Shown: one piece after another, positions 1 to 9,110 of the stretch
Layout: every line of letters starts with the position of its first letter
Position numbering within the stretch: position 1 is the stretch's first letter
NCBI RefSeq assembly: GCF_000010625.1
Contig: NC_010296.1
Coordinates: 5,640,001-5,672,000 of the forward strand
Direction of reading: 5' to 3'
DNA from: Microcystis aeruginosa NIES-843
GTDB lineage: Bacteria; Cyanobacteriota; Cyanobacteriia; Cyanobacteriales; Microcystaceae
Length of the DNA stretch: 32,000 bases
Notes under the pieces: model-generated
The model's input: only the letters and a program-made list of their open reading frames with translations
What the model was told of the DNA's origin: nothing
The model's database searches: none
Made by a program: the position numbers and the translations under genes

Positions 1-824
1 AAAATCTTGATGGCTTAAGACCAGAAGAAAGTGAATTCATTGATGCCAGTGTCAATTGGCAACAGCAACAAGAGCAGCAAAAGAAAAACCGACGACGAAA
101 TACCATTGTAAGCCTCGCTACTTTTTCAGTCATTTCTTTGGGGCTGGCCAGCTTTGCAGGAATTCAACTATTGAATGTTAAGAAGGCTAAACAAAGTACA
201 CAAGAAGGACTTATTCGCTCTGCTTGGATAAGTCTTAAGCCATCAAAATGTGATGAAAAAGAATCTATCCGTGGATTTCGCTATCTCTACTGTATTATCA
301 AAGAATTTGATGTTTATCGTCAATTAATTTTGAGTTCTGACTTACTTATTTTTAAAGAGGGTGGTCCCCATGATCGTAAAGCTTTGAATCTTGACAGTGC
401 TGACAAGTTTGGTTATTACAACCCAGAATTTTTAGAATGGATTCAAAAGAAAGCCATTAACCCTAATGACGGCAAATTTAAGGAGCCAATCCAACTAGCT
501 TACAATGATAAAATTAAAGTAGTAGCAAGATCTCTCTACCAAACACATAAAATTTTGTTCCCAACTCCTGAAGGATCTGATGAGTTTAAAGCAATCAAGA
601 AGAAATATCAAGATCACCTTATAAAACAGGATCTTCCAAAGTATTATTTCGAGTACAAGTTCTGGGAACTCGTACAGAAGGAGGATACCCCTAAACACAT
701 AACAGTGTCATCAGCAGGTTTTTGGGTTCGGCGCTCTATTGATGGAACAGAAAAACAGTTTTTTGATATCTTGACACAACTTCTGGAAATCTATGATTCA
801 GAGTGGCTGAGTGAACACGAGTGA
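1..824 (+). CDS. hypothetical membrane-anchored protein, C-terminal part (5' end off-window)
   Basis: The frame of ORF 138..824 stays open back to nt 3 (NLDGLRPEESEFIDASVNWQQQQEQQKKNRRR...). One hydrophobic helix follows (IVSLATFSVISLGLASFAGIQLL), then a ~200-aa Lys-rich soluble domain of no family I recognise. Stop TGA at 822-824. Confidence 0.55.
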   Translation, partial: NLDGLRPEESEFIDASVNWQQQQEQQKKNRRRNTIVSLATFSVISLGLASFAGIQLLNVKKAKQSTQEGLIRSAWISLKPSKCDEKESIRGFRYLYCIIKEFDVYRQLILSSDLLIFKEGGPHDRKALNLDSADKFGYYNPEFLEWIQKKAINPNDGKFKEPIQLAYNDKIKVVARSLYQTHKILFPTPEGSDEFKAIKKKYQDHLIKQDLPKYYFEYKFWELVQKEDTPKHITVSSAGFWVRRSIDGTEKQFFDILTQLLEIYDSEWLSEHE

Positions 825-827
825 ACA

Positions 828-1009
828 GGGAGCATCTCACTTACGCGATAAGTAATTATACTTAGCCTAAAAGCCACTCTTAATCGTGTCTTGGAACGAA
901 ATAGAGGCTTTTAAAGACTGCGTACATGGAGAATTAAAACAAGAATTACCCTCGAAAAGCCTATTTTTCCACTAAGTATTTATGCTCATTGCAAAGGTGA
1001 GATGCTCCC
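828..1009. mobile_element. MITE copy 1 (182 bp, non-coding, 13-bp terminal inverted repeats)
   Basis: TIRs are GGGAGCATCTCAC (828-840) and GTGAGATGCTCCC (997-1009). It is flanked by the direct repeat GAGTGAACA (819-827 and 1010-1018). By eye it is identical, in reverse orientation, to 26462..26643. Confidence 0.8.
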
Positions 1010-1046
1010 GAGTGAACAAAAGTTGCTGGATACCAATCCATCTCAA

Positions 1047-2051
1047 TTAAAACCGAGGAATATGATTAAAAAGATGACGCATGACGACAAACTCCCAACA
1101 AAATAACGAATAGCCATAACCCTGCTGCTCCACCGTCCTCACCTGAGCTTGTAAACCCTTTAAGGAAAAATCAGGATTCCAACCCGCATATAAACCCACC
1201 CCCACCGGCACATACCGGGAAGCTGTCGCCAGTCCCGATCCCGAAAGACTTGCCGCCACCTGATTGGGAGTTTTCCGATAGATCTGTAAGACCACCTCAT
1301 CCACAATCCCTTGACGCACCCAAGCCAACCAATTTTGATTATATTTATTCACCGCAAAAGAGTGAGGATTAGGCGAAAGACTCACCACCAACTTGGGATT
1401 AATCGCCTTGACATGATCGTGCAACTTGCGGGTTAAATTCGTTAAAGCCTGACTTTTATTACCAAAAACACGCGGAACTGCCCAATGATCATCTAACTGA
1501 ATCCCCGCCAAATCTTTTTCTTTTAAAATATCTTCCATATTCCCCAAAAGATAGGCTTGTACCTGCGGATTCGCCGGATCTAACCAGACATTGGTTTCCA
1601 CCACCGTCTTCCCTGCGGGCGTTTTTAATAGCCAATCCGGATGCTTTTTGGCAATAGGATCCTTAGGGGATAACATCAAACCATACTCAAACCAAGCAAA
1701 TGGTTTCAAACCCTGCCGTAAAGACTCCTTAACCGCTGCCCTCCAGGGATTGCTCAACGGCGGCACAAACAACCAATTCGTCGGACGTTGGGAAGTCGGA
1801 TAAAGCGTTCCCCTAAACCCATAAACACTAAAATACACCCGGTCATAACCCGATCGCGAAAGATGATTTAACACCTCATCTAAGGACGTAGTGTGATGTA
1901 ACAATATCGTGCCAATATTGGTTAACCAAACCCCCTTCATCTGCTCATTTTCCACTGCCTTTCGGGGAGCCGCTCGGTGAGTAACCAACAACAAAAAAGC
2001 CACTCCAGCAACAATCCCAAACCTCTTTAGGTACTTGCTAAACTTAACCAT
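1047..2051 (-). CDS. glycoside hydrolase-like family 10 (GHL10/DUF187) protein, N-terminal signal anchor
   Basis: 334-aa ORF with motifs typical of cyanobacterial GHL10 proteins: GVWLTN, HPDWL, VWLDP, GIQLDDH, SLSPNP, LQIYR. Confidence 0.75.
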   Translation of the reverse strand: MVKFSKYLKRFGIVAGVAFLLLVTHRAAPRKAVENEQMKGVWLTNIGTILLHHTTSLDEVLNHLSRSGYDRVYFSVYGFRGTLYPTSQRPTNWLFVPPLSNPWRAAVKESLRQGLKPFAWFEYGLMLSPKDPIAKKHPDWLLKTPAGKTVVETNVWLDPANPQVQAYLLGNMEDILKEKDLAGIQLDDHWAVPRVFGNKSQALTNLTRKLHDHVKAINPKLVVSLSPNPHSFAVNKYNQNWLAWVRQGIVDEVVLQIYRKTPNQVAASLSGSGLATASRYVPVGVGLYAGWNPDFSLKGLQAQVRTVEQQGYGYSLFCWEFVVMRHLFNHIPRF

Positions 2052-2114
2052 GATTCCCGATTAATCCCACCAAGATATTTGATAATAGTATTAAGTAGGG
2101 AGGCCAAATTATTT

Positions 2115-2180
2115 GTAGGATGGGTTAGCGGTAGCGTAACCCATGCAGGCGTTGGGTTTCATGCTTCAACCCAACCTACG
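2115..2180. repeat. double-hairpin intergenic repeat (GTAGG-[ATGGGTTA..TAACCCAT]-[GTTGGGTT..AACCCAAC]-CCTAC)
   Basis: Two adjacent 8-bp-stem hairpins are bracketed by GTAGG/CCTAC. A related core (GATAGCGTAAC) recurs at ~24080-24090. Confidence 0.6.
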
Positions 2181-2361
2181 TTCATCTTATATTTAATTCC
2201 ACCCACCCACTTATTTTAGTCCGATTTTTAATATTCAGTTCATCATCAGCAAGACCTATTTAGTTATACTAAATCCGTTTATTAAAAACTGATTATCAGT
2301 GAACTGGGGTATCGGGTGTATTAGGCTCCCCTAACACACCCAGAAAAGATTTTAGGGAAAA

Positions 2362-2796
2362 TTAACCGACTACGCAGAGAATATCCGATGCGTGACTAGC
2401 GGTATTCACTTTGTCATCCACATGGCTAATTTTGCCTTCTCCATCGATGATATAGGTGACGCGCTTAGAATAACCACCCCCATCGACATCATAAGCTTTG
2501 GTGATAGCACCATCGGTATCTACGAGCAATTGGAAGGGTAAACCGTATTTTTCTTTAAATTGTGCATGGGAACCCTGGTCATCCCTGCTCACCCCGAAGA
2601 CTACTATTTCCTTGTCTTGGTATTGTTCGTAGTTATCCCGGAAGCTTTGCGCTTGCTTGGTGCAGCCGGGGGTATCATCTTTGGGATAGAAGTATAAAAC
2701 TACGACTTTACCTTGAAAATCCGACAGGGAAACGGTTTTTCCAGTATCGTCGGTGGTGGTAAAGTTCGGTGCGATTGTTCCAACGGTTAAAGCCAT
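2362..2796 (-). CDS. bcp: thioredoxin-dependent peroxiredoxin (BCP/PrxQ type)
   Basis: 144 aa containing VVLYFYPKDDTPGCTKQA, the peroxidatic-Cys motif of the AhpC/TSA Bcp subfamily. Confidence 0.9.
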   Translation of the reverse strand: MALTVGTIAPNFTTTDDTGKTVSLSDFQGKVVVLYFYPKDDTPGCTKQAQSFRDNYEQYQDKEIVVFGVSRDDQGSHAQFKEKYGLPFQLLVDTDGAITKAYDVDGGGYSKRVTYIIDGEGKISHVDDKVNTASHASDILCVVG

Positions 2797-2865
2797 AACT
2801 CCGATTCCTTTACAAAAGTTAATCTATATTGATCATAAGGGATGAGGGTCACAAACAGGGTGTCG

Positions 2866-2934
2866 GAATTATGAATTATGAATTATGAATTAGGGTGATG
2901 GGGAAGTGGGGAAGTGGGGGGGTGGGGAAGTGGG
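2866..2934. repeat. tandem heptamer/octamer repeats (GAATTAT x4 then GGGGAAGT units)
   Basis: Direct reading of the divergent bcp/amidase intergenic region. The same GAATTATGAATT-GGGAAGTGGGG module recurs at 30391-30415. Confidence 0.85.
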
Positions 2935-3056
2935 AGCCAGAGCATTTGTACGACTATTTTCCACAGGCAGTTTAAATACAGTGCAACTGAGAAGACGAAC
3001 AACAAACCTCCAGAATTTGTCCTAGGATAATATTTGTCAGCTAAGAGGGGGATAAT

Positions 3057-4853
3057 ATGGGGACATTCTGGTTAAAAGTGAGAACTTTTGGGCAAAATAT
3101 CTTAATCGGTTTAGTTTTAGTGCTATTAATTGGTTTTTATCACAGCATCAGCGCTAAATCTGCCTCATTAATGATTGTTTATCCTCCCGATAATCATCAA
3201 ACCACGGCCTCGAGAATCTTTTTTATTGGTTCTGCTCCTCCATCCGGTCAAGTTTTGCTCAATAATCAACCGATTCAACGCAGTGCTAAAGGATATTTTG
3301 CCCCTAGTTTTCCCCTAGAAGTTGGCGAAAATAATTTCACTATTCGCTATCAAAACCAAACTATTAATCGTCAAATAATTCGTCGAGATACTCAAGCAAT
3401 TATTCCCCAAGAATTAGCTTTTGCTGATAACTCTCTCAGTCCTTCTGTCAATAAGACGAGGTTAGTGGGGGAATGGATTTGTTTTAGTGCGATTGCCACT
3501 CCCCAAGCTCAGGTTTCTGTGCAGTTAGGAGATAAAATCTTACCTCTTTTACCCCAACCTCAAACCACAAAACTGCCTAGTAATGCCGCAGTTTTAACTA
3601 ATCTTAATCAAGCGAATTCCGAGGATAAAACTGGTTACTATCGAGGTTGTCAGCAGTTTAAGCAAGAGGCTAACTTAGGAAAACCTATTTTTACAGCACA
3701 ATTAAATAATCGATCGATTAGTCAACAAGGTCAAGGAGAAATTAATATTATTAGCGATCAAAATTTACCAGTGATTGAAATTATAGTTGCGGAAGGGGTA
3801 GCGCGCACGGGGCCGGGTAGTGATTATTCCCGTTTAACTCCTTTACCCCAAGGTACGAAAGCGAGAGTCACTGGGAAAGAAGGGGATTGGTTACGGTTAG
3901 ATTATGGTGGTTGGATTTTAGAGCGAGAAACCCGTTTAATAGTTAATGAGGTCTTAGATAATGCTAATATTAGCGGTCTCTCTTCTCGAAGTATCAATCA
4001 AGCAACAGAAATTATTTTTCCCCTCTCCCATCCTGTACCGATCGCCGTGGCACAAGAGGATGATAAATTTATTTTGACCCTTTATAATACCATTGCCCAA
4101 ACCGATACAATTTTTCTAGTGGATAATCCTTTGGTCAGACGTTTAGATTGGCGACAAATTAACCCGACCACAATAGAATACACTTTTAATCTTAATCAAA
4201 AACAACAGTGGGGTTATAGTCTTCGTTACCAGGGGACAAATTTAATCTTAACCCTGCGTCATCCCCCGGAAAAAAGTGATAATTTACAGGGCAAAGTTAT
4301 TTTATTAGATCCCGGACACGGAGGTAAAGAAACCGGCGCTGTCGGTCCGACGGGTTACACAGAAAAAGAGATTAATTTGGTTATGTCTAAATTAATTAAA
4401 CGGGAGTTAGAAAAATTGGGAGCAACAGTTTATTTAACCAGAGAAACTGACATCGACTTATCTTTACCGGCACGAGTAGAGATGATTAATAATCTGCAAC
4501 CAACCCTAGCAATATCGGTTCACTATAATGCTTTACCTGATGATGGAGATGCCTTAAATACTCAAGGAATTGGCATATTTTGGTATCATCCCCAGGCAGC
4601 GGATTTATCAGTTTTTCTCCACGATTATTTAACCAAAAATCTTAACCGTCCTTCCTATGGAGTATTTTGGAATAATTTAGCTTTAACTCGTCCCTATAGT
4701 AGTCCTTCATTGTTATTAGAGTTAGGATTTATGAGTAATCCTCAAGAATTTGAATGGATTACCGATCCTCAGGCACAAAAACAATTAGCGCAAGTTTTAG
4801 CCGCCGGAATTAGCCAATGGTTTCAACAATCTGGGGTAATTGCTTCCAGTTAA
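3057..4853 (+). CDS. N-acetylmuramoyl-L-alanine amidase (Amidase_3, AmiC-like) with N-terminal anchor and SH3-like segment
   Basis: 598 aa. The C-terminal domain reads LLDPGHGGKETGAVGP...EINL...YLTRETD...R....N......ISVHYNA, which is the Amidase_3 signature. GDWLRLDYGGWI resembles an SH3b segment. Confidence 0.9.
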   Translation: MGTFWLKVRTFGQNILIGLVLVLLIGFYHSISAKSASLMIVYPPDNHQTTASRIFFIGSAPPSGQVLLNNQPIQRSAKGYFAPSFPLEVGENNFTIRYQNQTINRQIIRRDTQAIIPQELAFADNSLSPSVNKTRLVGEWICFSAIATPQAQVSVQLGDKILPLLPQPQTTKLPSNAAVLTNLNQANSEDKTGYYRGCQQFKQEANLGKPIFTAQLNNRSISQQGQGEINIISDQNLPVIEIIVAEGVARTGPGSDYSRLTPLPQGTKARVTGKEGDWLRLDYGGWILERETRLIVNEVLDNANISGLSSRSINQATEIIFPLSHPVPIAVAQEDDKFILTLYNTIAQTDTIFLVDNPLVRRLDWRQINPTTIEYTFNLNQKQQWGYSLRYQGTNLILTLRHPPEKSDNLQGKVILLDPGHGGKETGAVGPTGYTEKEINLVMSKLIKRELEKLGATVYLTRETDIDLSLPARVEMINNLQPTLAISVHYNALPDDGDALNTQGIGIFWYHPQAADLSVFLHDYLTKNLNRPSYGVFWNNLALTRPYSSPSLLLELGFMSNPQEFEWITDPQAQKQLAQVLAAGISQWFQQSGVIASS

Positions 4854-4942
4854 AATTTAATGGCAAGCGGAGGGAGATAAGCTTAAGTAGCTGGTTATAA
4901 TTAAATTAAAAATGGATTTTAGGTTCGATCCCCCCTGCCCCC

Positions 4943-6468
4943 TAGGGCTGTTTCATTCTCCCATCAGAATATCAAAAGTAAAAGCGATCACTGTCTTTGT
5001 AAAATGAGGAGTGACCGGCAACTTTTCAAATATATGTTGAGCTTAAGAGAAAAACTGAAACAAGTCAAGGACTTTCGGAAAGATAAAGGAAAAAGACACC
5101 CTTTATGGATAGTATTAGTAGTAATAATACTGGGAACAATGCTAGGATACTCAGGTTATAGAGAACTGGGAGAGTTCGCTAAAAATAATCGGCACAGGCT
5201 CAGTCAAGAATTTAACATAATTCCAGAAAGAGTCCCATCCTATTCAACAATTAGAAGGGTAATGATGGGAGTTGAATGGCAGATTTTGTTAAAAATATTT
5301 AAGGAATGGGCATTACAAGAATATGGACAAAGAAGTGATATAAATTGGCTAGGCATAGATGGAAAAAGTCTCAAAAATACTCTAAAGAATCCTAACAATG
5401 AACAACAAAATTTTATTATGTTTGTCTCATTGTTTAGTCAAGAAAGTGGCTTGGTATTACACTTAAAAAGAATTGAAAACAAAAAAGGGTCTGAAATCGA
5501 CGAAGGTCAAGCTATAATTGAAGATTGCTCTCTCCAAAATAAAGTTTTTACTGGCGATGCTTTACACTGTCAGAAAAAAACAATCAGCTTAATAGCCAAG
5601 AGTAAAAATGACTATGTTATCACCGTTAAAGGAAATCAGAAAAATCTTTATAAGCGAATACAAGACCTGAGTAATTCCTCAAAGCCAGAAAGTTGTTTTC
5701 TTGAACAAGACAATAGTCATGGACGAAAAATATCAAGAAAAATAGAAGTTTTTAAAGTGAGAAAAAATGAAAGACAAGGGTTTGAAAATCTGCGAAGAGT
5801 TATTAAAGTAGAAAGAAAGGGTAGTCGCGGGGATAAAACCTATGAAGAAACAGCTTACTATATCAGTAGCCTAACCGAATCCGCTCAAGTATTTGCTAAA
5901 ATTATTCGAGGACATTGGAAAATAGAAAATCAGTTACATTGGGTAAAAGATGTAATTTTTGAGGAAGATAAAAGCGAGATAAGTGATTTTCAAGCGGCCA
6001 GCAATTGGTCAATTCTCACAACTATAGGATTGAATCTTTTCAGAGGTTTGGGTTTTCTCTCAATAACAGAGGGACAGAGGTGGTTAGCTGAACGTTGGGA
6101 AAAACTGATAGTTTTATCGACGTAAGAAGCAGAAAAATTAGCTAAATTAACAGGATGTACTCTCAGACAATTTGAAGAGAGATAGGCTTTTAGTGGCTTG
6201 GGAACAAGCTTTATCAATTTATTCATAATCAATATTGGCAGAGGATTAAAGATTAGTTATTGTCACTAACTCTTTTGATTAGAAAAAGATAAACTTGAGA
6301 ATTTTCATTCAAATTTATTGACTCAAAATCCGCTGTACTTAATTTAAATGAATCAACCCTACCCTGCCCCCCTTGATAAGGGGGGTGCCGATAGGCGGGG
6401 GGATCTGAAAGTTTTTAATACCCACCTACTTAAATCTTTATGAAAAACCAAGCCCTAGCTGAACAGCC
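4943..6468 (+). mobile_element. ISAs1-family insertion sequence (boundaries approximate)
   Basis: It contains the transposase 5004..6125. Imperfect inverted ends are CTAGGGCTGTTTCAT (4943-) versus the reverse complement of ATGAAAAACCAAGCCCTAG (6440-6458), or GGCTGTT(T)CA at 4946 and 6460-6468. I could not identify a clean TSD. Confidence 0.4.
5004..6125 (+). CDS. ISAs1-family (H-repeat-associated) DDE transposase
   Basis: 373 aa with family-typical blocks: DFRKDKGKRHPL, GIDGKSLKNT, FTGDALHCQKKT, RGHWKIENQLHWVKDVIFEEDKS. Confidence 0.9.
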   Translation: MRSDRQLFKYMLSLREKLKQVKDFRKDKGKRHPLWIVLVVIILGTMLGYSGYRELGEFAKNNRHRLSQEFNIIPERVPSYSTIRRVMMGVEWQILLKIFKEWALQEYGQRSDINWLGIDGKSLKNTLKNPNNEQQNFIMFVSLFSQESGLVLHLKRIENKKGSEIDEGQAIIEDCSLQNKVFTGDALHCQKKTISLIAKSKNDYVITVKGNQKNLYKRIQDLSNSSKPESCFLEQDNSHGRKISRKIEVFKVRKNERQGFENLRRVIKVERKGSRGDKTYEETAYYISSLTESAQVFAKIIRGHWKIENQLHWVKDVIFEEDKSEISDFQAASNWSILTTIGLNLFRGLGFLSITEGQRWLAERWEKLIVLST

Positions 6469-6722
6469 AGTGATAGGATTGGATGGAGTCTTTATTTTAG
6501 TCCGAGGAAATTAAATCAAGTCGATGGAAAAAATGTTACCAGTGAACAGCAATCGGACAAAATAACTGCTAGATTACAAGGTATAGTCCATCACTCTCTG
6601 GTAGATATTCAAACAGCGATCGCTCTGTGAGAAAAATCTCTGGATTAGCCAACAAATAAAGATAGTTTACCTGAAAATTTCCCAACAATTCACGCCCTTA
6701 TAGACAACTTGCTCGCAGCCCC

Positions 6723-6789
6723 CCTTATTAAGGGGGGATTAAGGGGGGATCAAAACCACCTTATTAAGGGGGGATTAAGGGGGGATCAA
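6723..6789. repeat. 31-bp direct repeat x2 containing C6/G6 hairpins and GATC
   Basis: CCTTATTAAGGGGGGATTAAGGGGGGATCAA occurs at 6723-6753 and 6759-6789. Related CCCCCCTTGATAAGGGGGG and GGGGGGATC motifs occur at 6366-6405 and 4927-4939. Confidence 0.85.
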
Positions 6790-6853
6790 TTGCCCACCTC
6801 AAGGTTGGGGTGAGTGAATTAAATTCCACCCTCGTTATTATTCTTCTCTACCC

Positions 6854-8950
6854 ATGACTAACTCTTTATATATCAGCACGACGGCAACGGGAAGCGGTAA
6901 AGCGTTAGTAGCTTTAGGAATTATTGACTTAATTCTCCGCAAAACTAATAAAGTTGCTTTTTTCCAGCCAATTGTTCTCGACTGTTCCCAAGGTCATCGG
7001 GACGAAGACATTGACTTAATCCTCAATTATTTTAAATTAGAACAAACCTACGAAGAGGCCTTTGGTTTATGTTATGACGAAGTTAAGGATTTATTGGTAC
7101 AACAAAAATTTGATGAAATCATCGAAAGAATTATCAAAAAGTTTAAAAACTTAGAAAAAAAATATGATTTTATCCTCTGTGAAGGTTCCGATTACCTGCA
7201 AGAAAATTCCGCCTTTGAATTTGAACTAAATACAGAAATTGCCAAAAATCTCGGCCATCCCATCTTAATATTAGGTAATGCCCACAATCGCAGTATCGAA
7301 GATGCCCTTAGTCCGATCCTGATTTCCTGCGACACCTACCAAGATAAAGGTTGTACGGTGATTGGGATTATTATCAATCAAGCTGAAGAGGAAAAAATAG
7401 GGGAATTACGGAAAACCCTGACTAAAATTTTTCCCCCCCAAGAATATGCCCTAGGAGTGATTCCCCACAATGCCAAACTGAGCAGCCCGCGAGTGGCAGA
7501 AATCGCCCAACAATTACAGGCAAAAGTTCTCTACGGACAGCAGAGATTAGACAGTTTAGCTAGTAACTTTCTGGTGGTGGCCATGCAGATGCAAAATGCC
7601 CTAGAGCGGATAAAAGAAGATAGTTTAATTATCACTCCTTGGGATCGCGGCGATGTGATTATCGGGATGTTACAGGCCCACCAATCAGCCAATTATCCCC
7701 AATTAGCCGGTATAGTCTTAACAGCAGGTCATAACCTCAATCCTTCGATCGCCCGTTTAATTGAAGGTTTGCCCGATCCCTTACCGATTCTCTCCGTCAC
7801 CACCGATACCTACACCACGGCCGAACGCATCCACGATGTGCGGACCACCCTAACCTCGACGGACTACGATAAAATTAACCTCAGTCTGCAGCTTTTTCAC
7901 AGTAACATCAATCTCGATCGCCTAGAAGCGCAAATTCACACTTTGCGGACCCAGGGGATTACCCCGAAGATGTTCACCTATAATCTCGTACAACAGGCCA
8001 AAGCGCAAAAACGTCACATCGTTTTGGCCGAAGGGACCGAACCGCGCATCCTCCAGGCGGCCACAGTTTTAATCGAACAGGATATCGTCGATTTAACCCT
8101 TTTGGGACAACCGGACGAGATCGCAATGGTGATTAAAAAACATGGTATCACTCTCGATCTCGATCGCCTGCAAATTATTGACCCCGTGGCTAGTCCCCAT
8201 TTTGAAAGCTATGTGCAGACCCTCTACGAAGCGAGAAAAGCCAAGGGAATGAATCTCGACATGGCCCGGGATTATGCACAGGATGTCTCCTATTTTGGCA
8301 CTTTAATGGTGTATCAAGGCGATGCTGATGGTATGGTATCGGGGGCAGTGCATACCACTCAACACACGATTCGGCCTGCACTCCAGATTATCAAAACTAA
8401 GCCCGATTGTGCGATCGTCTCCTCGGTCTTTTTTATGTGTCTAGAGGATCGGGTCTTGGTCTATGGGGATTGTGCGGTCAATCCCGACCCCAGTGCCGAG
8501 GAATTAGCCGAAATCGCCCTATCTTCTGCCGAAACCGCCCAAAAATTCGGAATAGAGCCGCGAATCGCCCTGCTTTCCTATTCTTCGGGTCAATCGGGCC
8601 AGGGAGAAGACGTGGAAAAAGTACGACAAGCGACCAAAATCGCTAGGGAAAAACGCCCCGATTTGAAGCTAGAAGGGCCGATTCAGTACGATGCGGCCGT
8701 GGATAGGGAAGTAGCCGCCCAAAAAATGCCGGGGTCAGAGGTAGCGGGCCAAGCAACGGTGTTTATTTTTCCTGACCTGAATACAGGGAATAATACTTAT
8801 AAAGCCGTGCAGCGGGAAACAAAAGCTTTAGCGATTGGTCCAATCCTACAGGGATTAAAAAAACCCGTCAATGATCTCAGTCGCGGTTGTACCGTTCCCG
8901 ATATTATCAATACGGTGGTAATCACGGCAATTCAATCCCAATCTTTTTGA
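6854..8950 (+). CDS. pta: phosphate acetyltransferase, long form (AAA-like/DRTGG N-terminal region + PTA_PTB domain)
   Basis: 698 aa. The C-terminal third carries the canonical Pta blocks (VLAEGTEPRIL, MVSGAVHTTQHTIRP, DCAVNPDPSAEELAEIA, GPILQGL.KPVNDLSRG). Confidence 0.95.
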   Translation: MTNSLYISTTATGSGKALVALGIIDLILRKTNKVAFFQPIVLDCSQGHRDEDIDLILNYFKLEQTYEEAFGLCYDEVKDLLVQQKFDEIIERIIKKFKNLEKKYDFILCEGSDYLQENSAFEFELNTEIAKNLGHPILILGNAHNRSIEDALSPILISCDTYQDKGCTVIGIIINQAEEEKIGELRKTLTKIFPPQEYALGVIPHNAKLSSPRVAEIAQQLQAKVLYGQQRLDSLASNFLVVAMQMQNALERIKEDSLIITPWDRGDVIIGMLQAHQSANYPQLAGIVLTAGHNLNPSIARLIEGLPDPLPILSVTTDTYTTAERIHDVRTTLTSTDYDKINLSLQLFHSNINLDRLEAQIHTLRTQGITPKMFTYNLVQQAKAQKRHIVLAEGTEPRILQAATVLIEQDIVDLTLLGQPDEIAMVIKKHGITLDLDRLQIIDPVASPHFESYVQTLYEARKAKGMNLDMARDYAQDVSYFGTLMVYQGDADGMVSGAVHTTQHTIRPALQIIKTKPDCAIVSSVFFMCLEDRVLVYGDCAVNPDPSAEELAEIALSSAETAQKFGIEPRIALLSYSSGQSGQGEDVEKVRQATKIAREKRPDLKLEGPIQYDAAVDREVAAQKMPGSEVAGQATVFIFPDLNTGNNTYKAVQRETKALAIGPILQGLKKPVNDLSRGCTVPDIINTVVITAIQSQSF

Positions 8951-8959
8951 GTTATCAGT

Positions 8960-8994
8960 TAGAAAACGGGTTTCTTTGAGAAACCCGTTTTCTA
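8960..8994 (+). terminator. REP-like perfect palindrome immediately after pta (possible terminator hairpin, no U-tract)
   Basis: T-AGAAAACGGGTTTCT-TTG-AGAAACCCGTTTTCT-A gives a 15-16 bp stem and 3-nt loop, 10 nt after the pta stop. It belongs to the palindrome family also seen at 21153-21267, 24484-24542 and 25425-25548. Confidence 0.5.
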
Positions 8995-9110
8995 GAGCTT
9001 GTTATGCTTATTTCCTCCCGACCGGGCCGAAGCGGGAATCAAAACTATAATTAGAATCATTAAACCCCAACCATAACCCCGCCTCGATAGCCGATAACCG
9101 ATCGCTAAAC

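Noticed and set aside
495-698. Small antisense or alternative-frame ORFs within other supported genes (495..698, 1591..1803, 2562..2762, 8190..8381, 8407..8646, 12672..12887, 13349..13537, 15143..15382, 15912..16124, 27185..27382, 27716..27973, 28537..28752, 28972..29187)
   Set aside because: Each lies inside, or overlaps, a longer family-assignable CDS. None has an independent signal.
4915-4945. tRNA-like GGTTCGATCCC motif suggesting a tRNA 3' end next to the IS
   Set aside because: The flanking bases cannot form a T-stem (AGG versus CCC). There is no acceptor, D or anticodon arm upstream. The motif belongs to the GGGGGGATC repeat family.
5990-6232. 80-aa minus-strand ORF at the 3' end of the ISAs1 transposase
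   Set aside because: It is antisense to a well-supported transposase gene and there is no evidence for a second IS-encoded protein in this family.
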